From Bigelowiella natans CCMP2755 (taxonomy: Eukaryota; Protista; Cercozoa), in NCBI GenBank assembly GCA_000320545.1, contig ADNK01000506.1, positions 1 through 64,000 of the forward strand: DNA of 64,000 nt, in the 5' to 3' direction. Every line of letters starts with the position of its first letter. Within the stretch, counting starts at the first letter, position 1. Shown in pieces: positions 34,001-48,238 of this stretch. A program made the position numbers and the translations under genes. Below the pieces are notes generated by a model. It was not told the origin of the DNA and made no database searches. It saw nothing but the letters and a program-made list of their open reading frames with translations.

Positions 34001-34917
34001 CGTGGCATACTGTACAAAATGGTTGAACTTCTAAACCGCCAATGCGAAACGTATTGTCTCGACATAATAGACTCTTAACAATGCGACTGCATCTCTAATT
34101 GAAGCGACATGTGCACTACAAAGCATTTACAATCTATCTAAAAGTACCAGAACCCGTTGTCTGCAGATAGAGAATGCCTATTAAAAAATGGTCTCCTATC
34201 GCTCGAACCACTCTTGTTACCGCTACTTCGTACTATTCCTGGATTATTACGAGTAGGAAAATATGTAAAGTATTTTACATGAATACGATACGATACGGCA
34301 GTAAAATACATTACTTCCACGAAATGTGGGAGACTTGACTCCAGGAAACAAGGCAACATTTGAAGTAAATCCACGCCGCTGCAACCTATCGTCATATTAA
34401 TACGATATTACTATGAGCATCACTACCAACTTCCATACTCAAAATAATATAACATATTTAAATAGTTACGAGGAAATCAATTTCTTATTTATTTATTTAT
34501 AAATAACAACCGGGATTTGAAGTCGTGATGGTTTCTCTGGTGGTGACGGTGGTGATGATGAGGATGATGACGCTTTCCAGCCTGCTTCTTATGGTACGAT
34601 GACGACGACGACGACATTCCGGTACTATTGCGAGGAGAAGGCGATGTACAATATCTAACATACGCAAACAGTAACAAACACAAAAGTAAGTAAGTAAGTA
34701 AGTGACTAAGTAGTGGTGCAAGAAGAAGAACAAATGAAGGGTTAGATCAAAAGACACGGATGACGGAATTGAATATAATAACAAAAAAAGAACCAGATCA
34801 TAAACATGAGTAGTATTACCACACAAAACACAAACACACACACGCACACGTACACACCATCATCGTGGTTCTTTCAAATAGTCATTTACATTAGATATGC
34901 TAATTTGCAGCACTCAC

Positions 34918-34969
34918 TTAAACACGTACAATCAATGACCTGCTAATTTCAGCTAACAGCGTCTCAACC

Positions 34970-35001
<32 letters not shown>

Positions 35002-35202
35002 GTGGTGGATAATTATCGTTGTTATTATTCTTGTAGCACTCGTCATCATCATACTACACTACCTCCTGTGCATCCGACACGTAATGCTTAGCATGAGAGA
35101 GCTTCTTCCCAATCTAAGACAAGGTAACATCATTCCTTCACTTTTGTAAATATCCGCTCATTATATTTAAATATATATAAAATATCCGTTCATTATATAT
35201 AA

Positions 35203-35246
<44 letters not shown>

Positions 35247-35266
35247 CACATACTTACTAAATACTT

Positions 35267-35304
<38 letters not shown>

Positions 35305-35517
35305 ATCACCGTGCATGTGAAAACCGCAGCAGCATTTGCTCCAGGAAGCAACTTTACATGATGATGATGATGATGATGATGATGATCACTACTCCTTCCT
35401 TGCGGCAATCTTGCCCCCCCCCCCCCCCCCCCTCCAAAGAGTCGACCATTTACTCGTCGCAGTCGTTTTTTCCGATGTGATTCGAGGAAATATAAGTGTT
35501 TCTTGGTATCATTAGGA

Positions 35518-35549
<32 letters not shown>

Positions 35550-36455
35550 CGATGGCAATGATGCTCTGTTATTATTGGTATTGTTATTATCATTAATATC
35601 GTTGTCAGCATCACTAGTATTCTTAACATTGTCGTCGTTGTTATCTTTTAATGGTTCTTCTCGCTTGAAGGAAGAAGAGGAAGAAGAAGAAAGACGACGA
35701 CCAGATCCTGCTGCTCCTTGTTCTTTTTCTTCTTTATCTTCTTTATCTCCTCCTCCTCCTTTTTCTAGTTGTTATTATATGATAATAGGCCATTTACATC
35801 ATCTACCACATTCCATAATCGTTATTCTCATCGTATTGATGATAGTGTAAGAATAATAATAGCAAAAATAGCTGGATAGTAGGTGGTGATGATAATGATA
35901 ATGATGATGATGATGATGATGATAAATGATTGGGTACTACGGCTACTACTACTACTACTACAACTACTAGCTAGCTAGTAATAGTAGCAGTTGTTAGTAC
36001 CCATTATTGTGTTCCATTTTGGAAGAAGAGAAGGATTATGCTCGAGCAGGAGAACCTCATCATCTGTGGTCCTCCTCCTCCTCATCCTCGTCGTCGTGCT
36101 TCTTTTAGGGTCAATGCTGCTGCTTTCAATTCTCAAACTACTACTACTAGTAGTGGTGGTAGTAGCTGCAGCAGCGGGGTCAGAAGAAGAATGAGGAGGC
36201 GATGACGATGACGACGATGAAGAGATGGTAATTGGGATTGTAGGAGTAGGCCCTGCATCTTCGTATTGTTTATTGAGCAAAGATGATGATTGAGGAGGAG
36301 GAGGAGGAGGAGGATGATCATCATGAGTCGATGATGATGAGGAACTGGGAGTTGAGGACGATATCATCATCATCCTCTGTTGTTGTTGCTGCTGCTGCTG
36401 CATAACCCCCAAAGGTGTCGCAGTCGTGGTCGTAGTCGTAGTCGTTGGTAGCGCA

Positions 36456-36487
<32 letters not shown>

Positions 36488-38561
36488 TGTCGCAGTCGTA
36501 GTCGTAGTCGTAGTCGTTGGTAGCGCACTACTACTACTACTACTACTAGTAGTAGTAGTAGCAGTAGTATTCGTTAAAAACTGGTGACCCATCATCCTAT
36601 TTACAACTTGAAACAAATCTGACATAAAACAGAAGGAAACTAAGATAATGATGATGATAACAAGTATGAATTATTCATCATGATAACGATGTGGACGGTG
36701 ATATCAATCAATCGCTTTCAAGAACAGACAAACAAAGACTAATATGTCATCATCGTCATTATCATCATTATTATCATCATCATCACCCTCATCTAATTTT
36801 GTGAGATTTCCAATGCACATGATAAAGTCCATAGACCCGTCAAATCTTGAAGTCAAACAAATATAATATCAACATATATATTGTGTATATATTGTGTATA
36901 TATTGTGTATATATTGTGTTTAGCAGCAGAGAGATCATCCTCCACAGAGGATGCTATGTTGATGATGATCATAACTAATAATTAATAATAATAATACTCA
37001 TGATGGACCACGACATATCTTAACAACAGCAGACATAATAGCACGTAGTATCATCATCATCATCGGGTGTTAGGATACTCCTCACGTCCTCCCCCTCCTC
37101 CTCCTCCTCCTCCTCCTCCTCCTCCTCATCATCATCATCATCGCGATCCAGTAATTTATTCTTTCTTCTTCTTAGTGGTAGGTTACTAGAATGATGATGA
37201 TGATGATGATGCTGATGATGATGTATGTATGTGTATCATATTCATTCATTACCCTGCACTACTATTACAGTCGTCGATAGTTGATGTTGAAGAAGAAGAA
37301 GAAGAAGGAGGAGGAGGAGGAGGATGTTTAGCAGCATTTGTAACTGTTTCTGCTGCCAAAGCAGAAAACCCGAACTTCTTCTTCTTCTTCTTCTTCTTGA
37401 TCTTGTTGTTGTTGTTGTCTTCATTGTTCTTGTTGTCGTTCTTCGTTAATGATGGTGATGATGAAGATGAAGAAGAAGCATGGACAGCATCATGGCTGCT
37501 GCTTGTTGGACAAGAAGAAATTTTCGATGATGGTACTATTGCCTCTTGAGTATTTGGTCTTTTTGTGTTGTTCTTGTTCATTATCTTCTTGGTTGACAAC
37601 GAGGAGGATGAGGCTGCTGATGATGTCTTCTTCTTCTTGGTGGTGGTGGTAGTAGTAGTGCATAAGGAACCATCATCACTCAAAGATGGTAAGACTGCTG
37701 CTGCTTCTATCTTGTTATTCTTGTTGGAATTGGTAGTTTTATTGGTACTGGTTAAATCCTCATCATCATCAGCACCAGCATCAATTGTAGCTTTACTACT
37801 ACTACTACTACTACTAGTACTTGTAGTAGGTGCAGTAGCTGTGATGCCACGTGTGGTAAAAACAACCTTTAAAGTAGTATTACAACAAATCATCGTCACG
37901 ACAGTGATAATCATAATCATAATCATAATGATCATGGGGTGAGAATGATGAGACGTGGACATTGTGCTAAATGTAATGTCCATCATTTGGCAGTTGTATG
38001 TAGTCGTGGGGTCATTCATGATCACCATTACCATAATAATAATAATAATCATCATCATCCTACATACTACTACAGCCTGTATCTATATACCTTCTTCTGC
38101 CACCATCTAAGATAATGCTGAAAGATTTTCACTGTCGCTGCTCCTTTTGACAATCCAACCTTTATAATGTTGTAGTTGTTGCTTGTTGTTATAGAACGTA
38201 GTATTAGTCAAGAGGAAAAAGAGGAAGAAGAAAAAAGAAAGAAAAAGAAGTTGCTAGCATGATGATAATGATGATGATGATGATGGTGGTGATGGTGAGA
38301 TAATATTGTTTTATTTATAACAATGTAGTATTAGCATCAATCAATCAATGAATCAATGGTCGCGGAACGATAATCTAGGCATGAAGTTAAATGATAATTT
38401 GAAAAGGAGGCATTATTAATATCACTATGATGATGATCATCATAATAGCACTATCTAATTATCATATGAAACGTAGTAGTATTATCACTATGATGATCAT
38501 TGTCATAATGGCTATATCTAATTATCATATATCAAACGTCCTTCAGTCGTCATCATAGACC

Positions 38562-38592
<31 letters not shown>

Positions 38593-38936
38593 TTCTCACC
38601 GGTCGTATTTGTATTGCTGAAGATGTGTCTTGAATTTCAGTGGAAGTGTTAGATAGGATACCACCTAATAATAATGATAATAAATAAATAAAAATAATAA
38701 TTCACATAATAATACACATGCATCATCTAAACACATAACGTACTGCTGCTACTACTACTACTACTCATACTATTATTACTATTACCACGAAGATGGATCA
38801 TGAGATCGTTTGCTTGTTTGTCGGCGAATCTAAAAGGAAAGTAGTAGTAGTAGTAGTAGTAGCAGCAGCAGCAGAAAGGAAGAGAAGGAGGAGGAGTAGG
38901 AGTGCATTAGCATCATCATGTTAAAAATCAAACATG

Positions 38937-38969
<33 letters not shown>

Positions 38970-39183
38970 AACTATTGTTATTATTATTATTAGTAGTAAC
39001 ACAACACAACAATACCCTCGTTGGGCATCATGATAATGCCAGCTGCAAGTTGTTTCATGCTCACGGATAAAGGTTCTCGGTGTTCTCTCCATGAAATACG
39101 TGAAAACCTGAACAATTGACGGTAGAAGTCACTCACTCACTGCTGGGTGTGGATCATAAGTGTGCGAGTGCAAGTGTAAGTGT

Positions 39184-39223
<40 letters not shown>

Positions 39224-39498
39224 ATGCATCGTCGTCATCAACAATATTACCACCACCACCAACAGCAATAACAACAACAACAACAACAACAATGTAAAAC
39301 GACTATATTATTATCGTTGATATTGTAAATAATATGTATACGAATATTTATCGTTCATTCATCATTGAATATCACCACCACCACCACCACCACCTACTCC
39401 TACTACTGCTACTACTACTAGTAGTAGTACCTTTTTGACTCTTGATTTCCACGAGAAATCAATGGAATCAAACAAAGCATGCCAGTGGGGATCATCCT

Positions 39499-39529
<31 letters not shown>

Positions 39530-39585
39530 CAGTAGCAGCAGTAGCAGCAGTTATCGAATCTTAGTAACAATAATAACCATACTAT

Positions 39586-39617
<32 letters not shown>

Positions 39618-40118
39618 CTCTGTTATAATAATAGTAATAATAGTAATAAAAACAACAACCCAGTCCTACCTTCCCCCTCTTCAAGAAAAATCCATTTTCA
39701 GCAGCTAGCCATACCTAACATTATTAGATTAACAATAAGTGTGAGATATAAATTGTTGTGTGTATGATGTGTTTAATTAGGGTTGTTAAGTAGGAAGGAC
39801 ATCTACTACAATTGCTGCTAATACTGCTACTACTACCTCAGAGTCACCAAAAGCTTCTATAAGCTCGTCCCTTGTTGCATTACTTAGAACAACGACAGTT
39901 GTCTTTCTGGTATTGTACGCCATATGTTGTGACATTATATGTAGTAGTAGTGGTGTCATCGTCATCATCATTATCATCATCATCATCACATCATTACATC
40001 TACACTACCACTACTGCTGCTAACGGTATTATTTATGAATCAATCATATTACGGGTCGTTTGCCAGCTTTTGTACGAGTTTTCGAACTTTGGTAGATATC
40101 TAATAATAATGTGTGGTT

Positions 40119-40150
<32 letters not shown>

Positions 40151-40665
40151 AGCACAAGACAACAAACCCACCAATAAATGTCACAATATCAGCTACTATC
40201 TCACCACCACCACCACCACTACTATTCTACTACTACTACTGTTACTATCATCGTTATCGGTCAGTAATGCTGATTGACTGGTTGATTGATCGATTTATTG
40301 ATTGATGGTAGTAGGCACTACTACCTGATTTAGTTTTGAATGGTAAGAAGGAGTCCTTTTGATATCCCTAAAGAAGAGGGTGAAGAGGAAGAAGAGGAAC
40401 AAAAAGCAGAGAAAATTGAATATGATGATAAACATGATGTTGTGAATAAGTACTACTTCTACTGGTAGTAGTAGTAGTAGTAGTAGTAGTAGTGACAGCA
40501 CCTATCTCTTGCCACGTTCGGTGTGAGAGTTCCTCCTAGTCCTGTGATCAGGAATCGATGTCTTGCATGACGAAAAGCCTTGCACACCTTGAATGGTGGA
40601 GAACCAATCATCATCATCATTTCTTATATAATTTATAGTCTTAGTTGTCATCATAAATCATGGTA

Positions 40666-40700
<35 letters not shown>

Positions 40701-42350
40701 AATGCAAGTAACCCTAATGCCGACTCAGATGATAATCTCCAAAGTTGATTCACAGGTTTCTCTCCTCCTCCTCCTCTAACTAACACACACCACCACCACC
40801 ACCACCACCACCACCACCATCATCATCATCATGGCAAAGTAGTAGCAGCAGTAAGTACTAACTAAGTAACCAACCAATTAGCACCTCACTCACCTTGGGA
40901 ATATTAAGTCGCGTTGGAAGATTCATCCCCGTACCTGATGATGACCAAACGACCATTTTCAAGGGGGGCCATCACTGTACTGCTACTATAAAAATTCCTA
41001 CTACTACTGTCACGCTTGTAGTTCGTTGTAACAATAACAAATATAAGCACTACTACTACTACTACTAGTACTAGTACTAGTAGTAGTGGTCATCTCCCCT
41101 CCAAAACTTATAATTAGCAGCATCCATCTACCCACCTCACCTTTTTCATCATGTCTTGGTTGAATATCTTCCAAAGAACCAAGGAATCTATGCGCCCAAC
41201 TTGCTGTTGAATGTTCCATCACATACCTAATAGCGACAACAACAACAACAATAGTAACAATAGCAGTAACTGTGGTAATAACATGAATATTTAGTGCAGC
41301 GATGTGTTAGCACCCACCTATAGGCGTACTTGTGCAGACGTTCTCTTTCCTCAGCAGACATTTCTAATGCGTATCTAACGAAGAAGACGATGATGCATAG
41401 CAACAAACACGATGGTTTATTAAATGATTGATCATCTACAAGTACTCACCAACAAATATGATGATTGTTGTCCTGTACGTAGTATCTAAAGAAGAGCATG
41501 CTATGTCTAGCAAGCTGCTTTCGTAACTTTGGAGAGAGGGTCGTCATATTTTCACCACCATCATCATCATCTTCATCATCATCATCAGTATATAATACTC
41601 ATCATCACCTGATCGTGCTTCCAAATTTCTGAACGTTCCATGGATTCACCTTTATTTATCATCATCATCATCTTAACCATCATCAAGCTTTAAATAGTAT
41701 CATGATTACTACTATCCAAGCACCTGTAATGATCCAGCTCCTAGTGATTTTGCAGCGCCTATTCATATTATGGTAATAATCAATCAATCACACATCATTC
41801 ATTATTATTACATCTGCTGTCTAATTGGAACGTGTTTTTTATCATCTAGGTTAGGTGAAAAAGGGAACAATATCACTGTAAAAGAATGCTGGTGATGATG
41901 ATGATAATAGTAAGGAGCTGGGGATGATGTATATTGTTCCTCTTGAAACAAAAATAATAAAAAGAGAAGAAATAATAATAATAATAACAGCATCATCATC
42001 GCACAAAAAAACATTATCATCATCAGAAATTATAATAATAATAGTAATAATAATAATAATAATAATAACAGCAGGATCATCGAATCAAAAACATCATCAT
42101 CATAATAACAGCATCATCATCGTCTTCTTCTTCCTCCTCAACCTCCTCCTTAACCTCATCATCATCATCATCGATATCGTCACTATTTACTACCAGTGAA
42201 TTCAGAAAGAATTAAGACTCCATGTTTGTCTTGCTGACACGTTACGAATCTGTGGATGATGATGATGATGATAATGATGATGATGGTGGGCATTATTTGT
42301 GGTGGTGTTATTTGAAAGAAACCTATAATAAGACGGAATATCACATCACA

Positions 42351-42388
<38 letters not shown>

Positions 42389-42808
42389 CATATATCATAT
42401 GCATGTGTTTGGGTGTCGTCGTTGTCGTCGTCGTCCAGAGTATCCTCATTCCTTCTTCTTCTTCTTCTTCTTCTTCTTCTTCTTCTTCTTGTTGTTGTTG
42501 TTGTATCCATGGTAAAAATAATAATAATACGTACTCATGCGCCACAAGATTCATTCCATCCCGAACACTGGATATCACAAGAGCATCCGCAACACGGTAC
42601 AAAGCCACAAGCTCGTGGAAAGAAACATTCTTTTGGAGATAGTGAATAGGCATTGAAGACAATGTTCCAAAACGACCGTTGATCCTCCCAACGATCTCAT
42701 GTGTCTGTCTATTCAATCCCATATGTGATTCTGAGCGAGATGATGTGCTCGTCTTATTCCATGCAGATGCAACCTGATTGATGATAATGATGATTGGTTA
42801 TTGATTCT

Positions 42809-42846
<38 letters not shown>

Positions 42847-43070
42847 CATATGGAGGTGGTAATGGTGCTGCTGCTGTGCCGATCATGCAATGAATTATAT
42901 TAAATCTAGTTATCATCGTCGTTATCATCATCATTATAGTACGTCTACCTCTATCTACCATCTACAGTACCTACTATTATTACCTGCAACAACACTACAT
43001 TGCCAATCCATTTGGGATTTTCTTTCAAGAACCTCTCGATGGCATATCTGTCAATATAATCATGGGCAAG

Positions 43071-43139
<69 letters not shown>

Positions 43140-43783
43140 ATGGCTGCTACCAAACAAAAACAAAAACGATGAATCAAACGTATCGATTTATATCTTCACA
43201 TCAATTATATTTTGATGATGATACTGCTGTCTGTATTTTAAATATGAGAAAAACTTGCAACGACTTACAATTTATGAGGAATGCCTTTGATGTGGTCAAA
43301 TCGATCAAAGCCAAGAAGGACTTTCCTTCCTATTAACGACATACATACATACATATATACATACATACATACAACAAGAGTAACAAAATAATCTCACAAA
43401 CCCAATCATTTGCAACGGAAACGACGTACTGAATGAGTACTACCATTTCATTCAACAAGCGCTAAATACACACACTAAGCACAATACCCTTGTAGTCTTG
43501 TTCCAATTGAGCCACAAGATCTTTCACCTTACCATTAGAAAAAGAGCAACAACAACAATCGTGATAATAATGACGAAGATATACGAACAAGTGCGTGTCA
43601 CAAAAATCAGTCAAGGAAAATCATGATGGTGATGATGATGATGATGATGATGACGATGACGATGTCATCAATTTCGCAGTTGCAGTCGGATGTGATCAAC
43701 GTTAGGGATGTAATTATCTATAACTAATCAATGCATCAGTACTTTCTAGAACTACTTGTCATTCATTTTTCGTCCATCTTTTA

Positions 43784-43816
<33 letters not shown>

Positions 43817-44043
43817 GTATTAATTTAGAACATCATCGTTCATTCTGCATTACAACCTACTAGAACTATTCCTTGTACCACCATCATACATCCAATAGAC
43901 GAAAAAGAAGAACAACAAGAAGAAGAAGAACAAGAAGAAGAAGTAGAAGAAGACACAATTAAAGAGCAACCTCTTTTGTTTCCAACGCTTTGACGAAACG
44001 GTTGGTTTCAATCCCAATGGGACAGGTTGTTATCTGTTTTGGC

Positions 44044-44087
<44 letters not shown>

Positions 44088-44235
44088 TTTTATAATAGTA
44101 GTGAGGAGCGGCACCACCAGCACTTTCAATAGAACAAGAATCATAATGAAAACAAAATAAAGGACGACACTTAAATTATTGAACATATTGTTCGAGAAAC
44201 GACAAGGTATAGCTATCATCGTTGAAATTACTGGA

Positions 44236-44267
<32 letters not shown>

Positions 44268-44431
44268 CACAAATGATCATCATCTATCTATCTATCTATC
44301 TATCTATCTCTCAGTACTACTCAGTGACTCACCGTACAATGATCATTGCCCCTTACCACTATACCATCATTCGAATGTACCTACCATATGGATGGAAGTA
44401 TAACAGGTGTAAGAAATGTTAATGATGCTTC

Positions 44432-44466
<35 letters not shown>

Positions 44467-45481
44467 AAGAGGTTTGTGGGTAAAAGAGAAAAGAAGAAAA
44501 AGAAGAAAAAGAAGAAGAATCGAGTTTTGATAAACATAATACCCCCAGAACGCGAACACAAGCACTTTCGAAATGGCGAGCATATTCGTGAATTTGGAAC
44601 CTAGAAAGTACCAAGAGATCGTACAGTTGTTGTTGAAGAATTTATGCTGTGTGGATTTTTTTCTTCGGTAATATTTTGTAGAATTTCTCTATCATCCTTG
44701 TAGTGTATTGATCACACTATAATCGATTCAATGCAATAAATAAGAATCAACGGGGTATAAAATATTTTTACCCAATAAGGTCAGCTCCCAAAACACCATT
44801 AAGTAGCTCTGCTCGCACAGGTAATATCCGATAAATCTCCGAGGAAGGGAAAGGAATATGGAGAAAGTATCTGAGTATTTTCAACATTTCATCAAACAAA
44901 CAAACAAACAATAAGGAACAAATATCTCAATATGTCCTTTGATCAAACAACATTTTTTTCTCACTACACAAAAACTAATATTTCCCCCCACCCTATACGC
45001 ATTTGCGGCTGTTTCTTGCGAAGAAGATTTGGTAGTAGGAGTAATGGATAATCATGAACCCACACCTAAGGAAGGGTAAAAGAAGGTGATGGTAATGAGA
45101 TTAGATGACTAATTGGTAGTTTGACTAGTACCAGATCTCCAGGTTTCCATGTCTCCAATATGACCTTTGCCACCTCTTTATTCGCTTGTTCGTAGCTGTT
45201 TGTGGTGGTGTTATTACTTACTTACTTACTTACAACATGTTATCAATCAATGGACTACTACTACTCTATCAAGTAGTACAAATAAGGAGGATGACAGAAC
45301 AAAGGAGGATTTCGAGGTGAATGCAGAATACCATTCGAATGCGTCCTGCATATTATCGGCACTTGCCATTGGCAATGGCATATAATGGAAAACCTACGTT
45401 GTTTGAATTTCACGCAAATAACACAATAACATAACTAAGGAGTTGGCTACAATTATTATCATCTATCTATTGCGATTGTTA

Positions 45482-45517
<36 letters not shown>

Positions 45518-46306
45518 TTTCCAATTTGGTAGTAGTAAGTAGCAGCGGCTCCCTACTAAGTTGAATCATTAGAATCATCATCGCATGTTGTTGCCACACT
45601 AATATACCGAATACAGAAGATTATTTGAAAAATCTTGGAAAAAAGTATCCCCAACGTCCTTTGGAAGAAATACTGGATGCCAGCCTAATAGTTGAACAAG
45701 AGGACCAATGCTGCAACTTATATATGCACGTGATACTGATGATGTGGGGGTAGAAGTAGAGAATTTGGTGTTGTTATTAAAATATTAATACAACCGATCT
45801 CTAGAAGGTTCTTTAAAATCCAAGGGTGTTCTGAGGGGGGGGCCTGCACGTACCCCACTAGCTCAACTCTATCAGTAACATCAACAAATCAAAATAAAAA
45901 AAATAATAGTGCAAACTCAGCACCATTGACTGTCTTGTCGATAAACGAAGAATTAGACGTAAGCCTTGTCGTACCCTTCTAGTGTTCTGAGGGCCCGATT
46001 AACCCCCCCTTCAAGGAACTCAATTTTCCTTTTCCCGTAATCTATCTGCACAGGTAGACAACCAGTAGCAACCAAAATTCTAGATCGCCCTCCACCCTGT
46101 GGTTCACCATGCTCTAGTGGGCTCTTCATAGCTCGAGGGGGCAGCTTAGTTTGCATGGTGGGTATAATTGGTGCGGGAATAGCGCCAGGGCGAGACTTTT
46201 TCGAGTCAATTTCTTCTTTGTCTTCCTCATGTGGTACATCCAATGAAGAAGAAGAAGAAGGTAGGATTATCTTAGAGGCGTAATCTTGAGTAGGAGTTGT
46301 TTCCAT
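34918..46306 (-). CDS. Trehalose-6-phosphate synthase/phosphatase (TPS + TPP domains), many microsatellite-filled introns
   Basis: Exons encode RILVATGCLP, VWVHDYPLLLLP, YFLHIPFPSSEIYRILP, GVLGADL, PIGIETNRF, DRFDHIKGIPHKL, ALYRVADALVISSVRDGMNLVAHE, GVLILSEFTG, HSTASWAHRF and VVLSNATR; last exon VETLLAEISRSLIVRV*. Exons in 35300-39000 are only partly resolved. Confidence 0.88.
34960..45530. repeat. Dense intronic microsatellites (CAT/GAT, TAG/CTA, GAA, TA, CA, GA)
   Basis: Visible throughout the TPS introns, and likewise in the F-box gene (1180-6520) and LIG6 (54450-61890). Confidence 0.95.
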
Positions 46307-46834
46307 CTCCTTTTTCTCCTCCTCCTCCTCTTCTTACTACTTATCTTCTCACTAGTTTAAGACAGTATGCTCAGAGTCCAGTGGCATCTATCTCAGTTGA
46401 TCAATTGAAAGGTATCCCCGCATTCGTTGCAATGAGGCTTGTTGAGAGGAAGGGCATGCTGGAAGAGTGGGACTACTTACTTGAGCTTACTTCTCCTCCT
46501 CCTCCTCCTCCTACTATTTCCTATTACTACTTGTGATTATTTGTTGCGGGAAGAAGAGAAGACTCTCAAGAGGGAGAGAATAATAATCTGAGGAATAACT
46601 CGAGATGATAATAATAATCGCAATGAGATAAATGATGATGTTGAACAAATGTCTTTTCAGAACTAAATCACACTTTAACCGTAAAACTTCTGAAATATTG
46701 TGTCCATATTTTTTTCTGAAAGGAGTTGCATCATTTTCAATGATCATCTCCGCAAAACCCGACGAAATTCAAATTTCAAGACTCTTTCAAAACCAAAGTT
46801 CTGCTGGGGGGCCCCTCAGATGATCCAAACGTAG

Positions 46835-48100
46835 ATCGTTGTGTGGACATGGCCTTCAGGAAGTTTTTGCTCAGAGTGGAGGCCTTGCGCCGCCAGAATT
46901 TTGCCGCTAGTGTCATTGCTTCACAATGACTGAATCATGCCATTTTGAAAAATCAGCTAGTTGATTTGCTAGTCACAGTCCTCACTGAAGCCAGTTCGAG
47001 GCACTGCATTTCGCACACTGCAAATGTCTTGCAACATTTTGGAAATGTAGTTCGTCATCATTGTTCATTGTTCAGTTGTTCAAGCTTTCCGTCATGGACC
47101 ACATGGCTTTCGGGAGTTTCCAACTAGCCAACCAGGTCAGATTGGACACAGCAGTGCGTCGTTGCAATGCCAGACACACTGCTAAACAAGCTGGTCACAC
47201 CAAGTGTCTCGGCTGTCCCCAACGTTAATCTCCGTGTGGACGTAGCTGTCAGGAAGTTCCTGCTCAGGATTGATGCCTTGCGTCGTCGTCATTTGGCTGC
47301 TAGTTGTGATGCTTTTCAGTGCTCAGATCGTGCCAATTTGCACGATCCCCGCTGGTTTGCCAGTCAGTCCTCACTGAAGCCAGTTCGAGGCACTGCATTT
47401 CGTGCACTGCAAGTGTCATGCCACACTTTGGAAGTGCACTTTTTCATCATTGTTCATCGCACAATCGTCACATTGTCTCGCAACGTTTTGGAAATTGTCC
47501 AGTCAACCATCACGTTCATCTCTGGACCTGTTCGTCTGTGCCAAACCCTGCCAATTTTTGAACCTTGCTGGGTTTCATCAGCTAGTCCTCGGTAGGTCCA
47601 GCTCGAGGAACTGCGTTTGGTGCTTTGCAAACCTCTCGTGGCGTTTTGGAAACGTGGTCCATCACCAAGCTCTTTCTTTCAAGTTTCTCTGTTCGTTTGA
47701 GTGCACACGTTGGAGTGTGAGTAAACGCGAACCTCAACGTGCTGCTTTCACACCAGAAGAAAAAAGTCATGCCAGCACGCAACACTTTGGAAGTGCAGTC
47801 CATCAACGCTGGAACGATGTTTCTCACTTCCAGCGCTGTGTAGCTGCGCACAATCGTGCGTGTGCCGGTCTAGCGGTGTTTGCGTGGTGCGTGCTGGCGT
47901 GTGCACTCTGGCATTGCGTCGAAGTGCAATCTAGCAATGGTGGACACAGCAACGCGACACACACGCACAAACATGGACACGTTGTTTGTGAAGAAGTGGT
48001 CAGGCAAGTGGCGACTGCCGCCAGACTGGGTGTCGTGACACGGGCGCTATCGCAAGCACATGCATGTGGCTAGTGGTGGCAACGCGCCCCACTAGCCCAC
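46835..48100. other. TpA-depleted intergenic block 6
   Basis: Residual TA is mostly CTAG, otherwise often xTAG or CTAx; the 223-aa ORF 47402-48073 has no Tyr. Confidence 0.9.
46840..47805. repeat. Diverged tandem duplications within a TpA-depleted block
   Basis: About 230-bp duplication 46840-47070 vs 47235-47460. The core AGTCCTC..CCAG(T/C)TCGAGG..TTTGGAA..CATCA recurs at about 46977, 47366 and 47584, and partially near 47785. Confidence 0.75.
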
Positions 48101-48238
48101 CATAGACAGACAAGATAGAGAAGAAATGCATTTCACATCAGAAATCAGTATACACATTTTTTATTCAAGAAGACAATGGAGAATGCGTGCCCACTTGGAG
48201 AATGCGTGCTCACTTTTGTGCTAGCATTTACTCTTCAT

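Noticed and set aside
35268-44614. Many poly-Ser/Thr/His/Met/Leu ORFs in the TPS region (likewise 2251-5724 and 55481-61548)
   Set aside because: Translations of intronic microsatellites or partial exons. Some low-complexity segments (35975-36625, 37249-38058) could be real TPS exons, but I cannot resolve this.
47167-48073. 142-aa and 223-aa plus-strand ORFs (also 22..354, 22137..22479, 28082..28652)
   Set aside because: Tyr-poor, Cys/His-rich, no recognisable motifs. They are explained by loss of TAA/TAG stops in TpA-depleted DNA.
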